Made by a program: the position numbers and the translations under genes
Assembly: GCA_945892755.1 (NCBI GenBank)
Contig: CAMDDO010000004.1
Location: 3,099 to 67,098, forward strand
Direction: 5' to 3'
DNA length: 64,000 bases
Origin: Rhizobium sp. Q54
GTDB taxonomy: Bacteria; Pseudomonadota; Alphaproteobacteria; UBA828
Shown: positions 60,301-64,000 of the stretch, one piece after another
Numbering within the stretch: position 1 is the first letter of the stretch
Layout: the number at the start of each line of letters is the position of its first letter
The notes under the pieces: model-generated
What the model was told of the DNA's origin: nothing
Seen by the model: only the letters and a program-made list of their open reading frames with translations
Database searches by the model: none

Positions 60301-60409
60301 GTATGCCGAAGCCAACCGCCTACAGCAGAATGACAATTTCGGAGAGCTTGGTGCTTCGGCGGAATTTGGCGGCGCGGCCGGCATTGGCCGAGGCCGTCCG
60401 TTTCTATAG
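57317..60409 (+). CDS. sulfotransferase :: ABC exporter (6 TM + ATPase) fusion protein
   Basis: N-terminal 5'-PSB VVGSARGGTTML and 3'-PB RDPRACVAS PAPS-binding motifs, Pro-rich linker, TM domain. Then Walker [36 protein letters not shown]. Confidence 0.8.
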   Translation: MRSNMKTNLTPLPPEVRNMSIPSADVLGRLVYVVGSARGGTTMLGECVALHDRILALPENSNFLGQVWRYARKVDDRMLRLLIAQPRYYKRREAMARLGDSAGRALLGHITRLVRQRDLAGLYTLYPIVHALVGEEGRDIGALRAWADKATDTRGLGALERAFPELRVVFIVRDPRACVASLTARAFAREAREQGSDRLDLLVDQALHWRRVTQDMLHHARRLGSRAITVRYEDFVREPVEQLNRIFEFAVGERLSAAELERQLGGIPYFASASGGACATGIRTDSIDRWRKTLQDDEQGLIEALCGRLARQLGYDTSSVSPLVTAVRLGRVEQSRRQKLLAFARLGYLAISVPIKLRSPLRADTFAMLPLPDRKPRPAEQPQPPRNVRESSPVSPAAPPPETAARERPSIRRILDFANDIGLPRARVAVLLLFHLVGTLFESFGLGMLLPVFDLIQKGGDASALAAQSSLWRVIVGVYGAFGLDASLLALLITSFLAILARQAMFYVRMLYTARASLAIGRTIRTRVFGGILGARLAVLEGDRRGHILNDITTEADRTTQYAISVIALGGHLVLGLVYFVMMLLLSPSMTGAAVAVLAVAALPAVRLTRHSATVSRDIVDANRALIDFFAQRLSAIRFVRLSGAETAERAELDRRVTRQNKRVYQSNVLLARTKVVIEPIVVAAAFVFLFVGYSVFGVGLEELGLFLLILLRLVPVMREVMILRSGMALTRHSLVTLQRRFSALDQSPEDAGGTRALGVLRQGIRFEHVSFSYGTTAAPALNDVSVTLPARRLTALVGPSGSGKSTLIDLLPRLREPTGGVVLFDGIPASEFSLQSLRAGIAYAPQSPQLFDTTVIEHIRYGRPDASVADIEQAARHAGAHDFIAALPMGYETRLGESGGLLSGGQRQRVDLARALVKNASVLILDEPTSQLDAESEEIFKASIRRLRDAGQHTIVMVAHRLSTAAIADQIVVLIRGCVVDVGSHRELLVRGGWYAEANRLQQNDNFGELGASAEFGGAAGIGRGRPFL

Positions 60410-61402
60410 ATCGCGGAACCGAATCAGGCGCTGGCGATCTTCGCACCAAAGGGCGAGGGCCGCACATTTCAAAGTCCCCACCATGTCGAGTCGGCGCGCC
60501 CCTTGCGACAACTCCGGAAATCCATCGATGCAGGCCTGCAGCCGATAGTTCGGAATGCGGCTCGATAGATGGTGGACATGGTGCAGCCCAATATTGGCGG
60601 TCAGCCATTGCAGCGGCTTCGGCAATTTGAGGTAGGAGCTGCCCTGAAGCGCAGCTTCCTCGAAGTCCCACTGCTCTGGGGTGCGCCAGTAGCCGTCTTC
60701 GAATTGGTGCTGAACAAAAAAGAGCCAGACCCCGATCGTCGAGGCGACCACCATGATCGGCAACTGGATCTTCACAAGATCAGTCGGGCCGATGAGAGCG
60801 ATCATCGCCGTGATCAGACCTGCGAGCGCAAGATTGGTCGCTAGGATGCTGATCAGGGCGCTTCGCCGCTGTGCCGGGCGTTCGATCGGCAAGCGTCGCA
60901 GGATGACGAACAGGATCGTCGGCACCACCACAAACAACATGACCGGATTGCGATAGAGCCGATAGGCGCGTCTGCGCCAGGGCGAAAGCGCAAGGTATTC
61001 GCGAACCGTGAGCGTCTTGATGTCGCCGACGCCCCGACGACCGAGGTTGCCCGAGGTCGCGTGATGGGCGGCATGGGTGCTGCGCCAATAGTCATAGGGC
61101 GTCAGCGTCAAGACGCTTAGCGCGCGGCCGACCAGGTCATTGGCCGAACGCGTGGCGAAGTAAGAACCGTGGCCGCAATCATGCTGGAGGACAAAAAGCC
61201 GGATAAGAAAGGCGGCCGCCGGTATGGAGAGCAAAAGCGTCATCCAATAGGCGAGATCCAATGTCAGCCACATCGCCGTCCACAGAGCGCCGAACGCGAC
61301 CAAGGTGACCAGCAATTGGGCGACGCTTTGACCTAAGGTCGGGACGGCATAGGCCTTCAGGCGTGCCGAGAGGCCGACTGTTCGATCGACAGTCGGGCCC
61401 AT
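60404..61402 (-). CDS. membrane fatty acid desaturase
   Basis: Three His boxes HDCGH, HAAHH, HHVHH. Confidence 0.85.
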   Translation of the reverse strand: MGPTVDRTVGLSARLKAYAVPTLGQSVAQLLVTLVAFGALWTAMWLTLDLAYWMTLLLSIPAAAFLIRLFVLQHDCGHGSYFATRSANDLVGRALSVLTLTPYDYWRSTHAAHHATSGNLGRRGVGDIKTLTVREYLALSPWRRRAYRLYRNPVMLFVVVPTILFVILRRLPIERPAQRRSALISILATNLALAGLITAMIALIGPTDLVKIQLPIMVVASTIGVWLFFVQHQFEDGYWRTPEQWDFEEAALQGSSYLKLPKPLQWLTANIGLHHVHHLSSRIPNYRLQACIDGFPELSQGARRLDMVGTLKCAALALWCEDRQRLIRFRDL

Positions 61403-61518
61403 ATTCGGCCAATCAGCCGGGGCGGCAATGTTTTGGATGGGGGGCTCTCTTCAGATGTCTTGCGAAGCTGGAGGGCTCGCTTTCAGCGAGCCCTTGCAGC
61501 CTCGATCGCGGCCCTTCT

Positions 61519-61731
61519 TCAGTCGGCCAGCTTCAGGTTCTCTGCCGAGACCTTGCCATTTTGGCCGCGCTGCAGCTCGAAGGAGACGCGAGCGCCTTCG
61601 TTCAGCGTGGTCAATCCGGCGCGCTGCACCGCCGAAATGTGAACGAACGCATCTTTCGAGCCATCATCAGGCGCGATGAAGCCGAAGCCCTTGGTCGGGT
61701 TGAACCATTTGACGGTTCCAGTGGTCATATC
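61519..61731 (-). CDS. cspA: cold-shock protein CspA family
   Basis: [36 protein letters not shown]1/RNP2 motifs. Long 5' UTR region upstream. Confidence 0.85.
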   Translation of the reverse strand, partial: DMTTGTVKWFNPTKGFGFIAPDDGSKDAFVHISAVQRAGLTTLNEGARVSFELQRGQNGKVSAENLKLAD

Positions 61732-61987
61732 GTGTGTCCTTGTCACGTGTTGCGAGCCACCGGCACACCCCGTGCCTGTGGGTATCAGCGCGCGAAAACC
61801 TGAGGTGCCTGGGCCTACCCACGCGGCGCTTAACGACATTGAATAGGCGCCGGGTCCTCGAAAGCTGATAGTCAACATATGGCATTGAACGGAAGGTTCT
61901 GCAAAGGGAAAGGCAGCCGCCCCGCCGGGCCCAGCGACACCAAGCGGCGTTTGAGTAGCCTACCCGGGCGCTCCGGACAGGCGGGAT

Positions 61988-63442
61988 TCAGCCTGCCAGT
62001 CCGGCCGAGAGATGGCGCGCGCTGACACCGTCATCCAGCCCGAGCACGAGCGAGCGAATACGCTCGGCGCGCGCCGAGGAGATCGCGCGTGTCGCGTTGG
62101 CGTGAAACTTCGCCTCTATTTCGGTGGCACTCAACGGTCGTTCGGCGCAACCTCGGTTCATCTGCTCGCGGTGGCGCAGCGTTCGGCCATCCGTCAATGT
62201 CACCACGACCTCGCCCGAGAAGTATTTCGGATAGGGTGAGTTCGGGTCGATCGAATAACACACCCGCTCGGCAAGCGCCTGAACCGCTGTATCGGCAATC
62301 GCCGCCGGCTCGATGTCGGCCAGCGTGAAACGCTGGCGGATCAAAGCGGCTGCGACGATATAGGGAATGCTAAACTGTGCCTCGTAGGGGCTGGTCGGGC
62401 GTTTCTTCTGGGCCGCCGGCTCGCAAACCACCGGCACGATCTCACGCGGCACGATGACCTCGACGCGCGCAATCCGATCGGCAGCAAGATCGTGGGTACG
62501 GCTCAGGATCATCGCCGCATCGGCCGCGGCGTGGGTCAGGTGGCAGGCCGGTAGCGGCTTCACGGCGACCGCCTCGGTTTGCCATATCGTGCTCAGGCCA
62601 GCGGTCGCGAGCGTGAGATCGCAGCCTTCGAAAAGTGCGCCGAGATGCGCCCGGTAGAGTCCATGCCGGCCCTCATAGGCCTGCCGCGCCCCCTCAAAGC
62701 CGTTCTTGGCGAGTGTCGCGGCCGTAATGCCTGAAAGCGCCGCCCAGCCGGGATGCAGCCGCTTGGTCCAAGCGCCGTCCTCGAGGAACTCCAGCGTACC
62801 GGCGCCCAAGCTCAACGCTATGCCTTGCGCATGAGCAAGCTGGGCCTCGGTCAGGCCAAGCAACGTTCCGGCGCCGACGGCGCACGAGTACGCGCCGAGC
62901 AAGCCGGTCGGGTGAAACCCCGCCTTGTGAAATCCGCCCTTCGCCGCCGTGCCGAGCCGGCAGGCAATTTCGACCGCAACCACATAGCCAAGCAAAAGCG
63001 CCCGACCATCGAGATCGAACCGGCTCGCCAAGCCGAGTGCGCACGGCAAGGCGCTCGCGGTGGCGTGGACAACGCCCTCGACATGGGTGTCGTCGAAATC
63101 GAGGCCGTGCACCAACACGCCATTCGCAACAATCGCATCGCGCCAGGGCAGTCCGGGCGAAATGCCGATCACGGTGCCGGCGTTCCCTTCGGTCGGATCG
63201 GAAAGCGCGCGCAGACCCGAGAGCGTACGGTGCGCGAAATCATACTGCGTGGAGGCGAAGGCAATGCCGATGGCATCGAGCATCAACAGCTTGGCGCGTT
63301 CGCGTGTTGAATCCGGCAGCGTTTCGAAGCTCGACCGATTGGCGAACGCCGCATAGGTCTCGGCGATCGTCGCTGCCTTCTCGTGTAGGGGCGCCTCTTG
63401 CTCGGTCACTTTGCGGAAGATCGGAGTGACGCGCTCGGCCAT
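61988..63442 (-). CDS. MmgE/PrpD-family protein (2-methylcitrate dehydratase-like)
   Basis: Full-length MmgE/PrpD fold with the N-terminal LLMLDAIG region. Confidence 0.8.
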   Translation of the reverse strand: MAERVTPIFRKVTEQEAPLHEKAATIAETYAAFANRSSFETLPDSTRERAKLLMLDAIGIAFASTQYDFAHRTLSGLRALSDPTEGNAGTVIGISPGLPWRDAIVANGVLVHGLDFDDTHVEGVVHATASALPCALGLASRFDLDGRALLLGYVVAVEIACRLGTAAKGGFHKAGFHPTGLLGAYSCAVGAGTLLGLTEAQLAHAQGIALSLGAGTLEFLEDGAWTKRLHPGWAALSGITAATLAKNGFEGARQAYEGRHGLYRAHLGALFEGCDLTLATAGLSTIWQTEAVAVKPLPACHLTHAAADAAMILSRTHDLAADRIARVEVIVPREIVPVVCEPAAQKKRPTSPYEAQFSIPYIVAAALIRQRFTLADIEPAAIADTAVQALAERVCYSIDPNSPYPKYFSGEVVVTLTDGRTLRHREQMNRGCAERPLSATEIEAKFHANATRAISSARAERIRSLVLGLDDGVSARHLSAGLAG

Positions 63443-63539
63443 GGACTGGCTCCTATGGGGCGGTTTTGGTTTGGACGCCCAGCTTGTAGAATCCGCGCAC
63501 AGGAGCGGCAGGTCAATGGGTGGTTCGGTGTCGGGCCCG

Positions 63540-64000
63540 TCAAAGGAAGGGCTTGAGCAACCGCGCGACGCCGTCGCGTAGGCGGCGCAAGAAGCCGCGA
63601 GCGCGCAGCCCCTCGAGCGTGATGGGTCGTGCGCGCGCGATCTTTGCGTCGACCAGCGCGCCGATTTCCTGCGCGAGCGCCGGGTCGACGCACTCGCAAT
63701 CCAGCTCGAAATTCAATCTCAAGCTGCGCGCATCCCAGTTCGATGAGCCGAACAAGATCCATTGACCGTCCGCCAAGGCGATCTTGGCGTGGTCGAATGG
63801 AGGCGCTTCGAGCCAGATTCGGCAACCGGCGCCGAGCAGGCGCGGAAATGCGGCCGCCTCGGCCCATTTCATGTAGAACTGGTTGCTCCTTTCTGGAAGC
63901 ACGATGTCGACCGCGACGCCCCTTAGCGCGGCGACCGCAAGCAGGCTGGTGATTTCCTCATCGGGCAGGAAATAGGGCGTCGCGATCCGCAAACTATGGC
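63540..64000 (-). CDS. phospholipase-D-family / cardiolipin synthase, C-terminal part (5' end beyond window)
   Basis: HKD motif HAKIALADGQWILFGSSNWD. Confidence 0.75.
   Translation of the reverse strand, partial: HSLRIATPYFLPDEEITSLLAVAALRGVAVDIVLPERSNQFYMKWAEAAAFPRLLGAGCRIWLEAPPFDHAKIALADGQWILFGSSNWDARSLRLNFELDCECVDPALAQEIGALVDAKIARARPITLEGLRARGFLRRLRDGVARLLKPFL

Noticed and set aside
1-64000. CRISPR arrays, toxin-antitoxin pairs, restriction-modification or other defence systems
   Set aside because: No short direct-repeat arrays, Cas-like genes, methyltransferase/endonuclease pairs or small toxin/antitoxin gene couples were seen. The SAM methyltransferases present sit in sugar-biosynthesis context.

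Overview
This window is a high-GC (about 65-68%) alphaproteobacterial-type chromosomal segment with four blocks. (1) 1-11.9 kb is housekeeping: pyrC (partial), pyrB, two tandem DMT/EamA transporters, a class-V aminotransferase, ruvX, gatCAB, three tandem glutathione S-transferases (one with a Lys/Ala-rich histone-like N-terminal tail), a YbaK-type deacylase and tRNA-Ser(GCU). (2) 11.9-21.1 kb lies directly after the tRNA on the minus strand. It holds a bacterial SET-domain methyltransferase, a cNMP-binding-domain remnant, and a catabolic operon (aldehyde dehydrogenase, PotABCD-like ABC importer, LysR regulator, Rieske non-heme iron oxygenase with a small unknown partner). (3) 21.4-60.4 kb is an uninterrupted run of about 37 same-strand genes (21.4-57.3 kb tightly packed, many start/stop overlaps, plus one large fusion gene). 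They encode nonulosonic-acid (pseudaminic/legionaminic-type) biosynthesis and decoration. There are two NeuB-family synthases, of which one is a clear PseI. A canonical pseB-pseC ... pseG-pseI-pseF module is present. There are three SpsF/PseF-type cytidylyltransferases, three DegT aminotransferases, two Gfo/Idh/MocA oxidoreductases, and two AsnB-like amidotransferases plus a WbuX-type PP-loop amidotransferase. Also present are a formyltransferase, a NodB deacetylase, several GNATs, methyltransferases, and three KpsC/KpsS/TagF-like putative transferases. An FkbH-ACP-O-methyltransferase-MaoC/SDR acyl-ACP branch is embedded in it, and a GNAT::HemL-like fusion is present. The run ends in a sulfotransferase::ABC-exporter fusion. 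(4) 60.4-64 kb carries a fatty-acid desaturase, cspA, an MmgE/PrpD-family protein and a partial cardiolipin synthase. The candidate novel system is the supercluster in block 3. Its content suggests a heavily N-acylated (formyl, acetamidino/methyl, hydroxyacyl or O-methylglyceroyl), possibly sulfated and polymerised 5,7-diamino-nonulosonate glycan of the rhizobial K-antigen/O-antigen type. It contains several uncharacterised or unusually fused genes.
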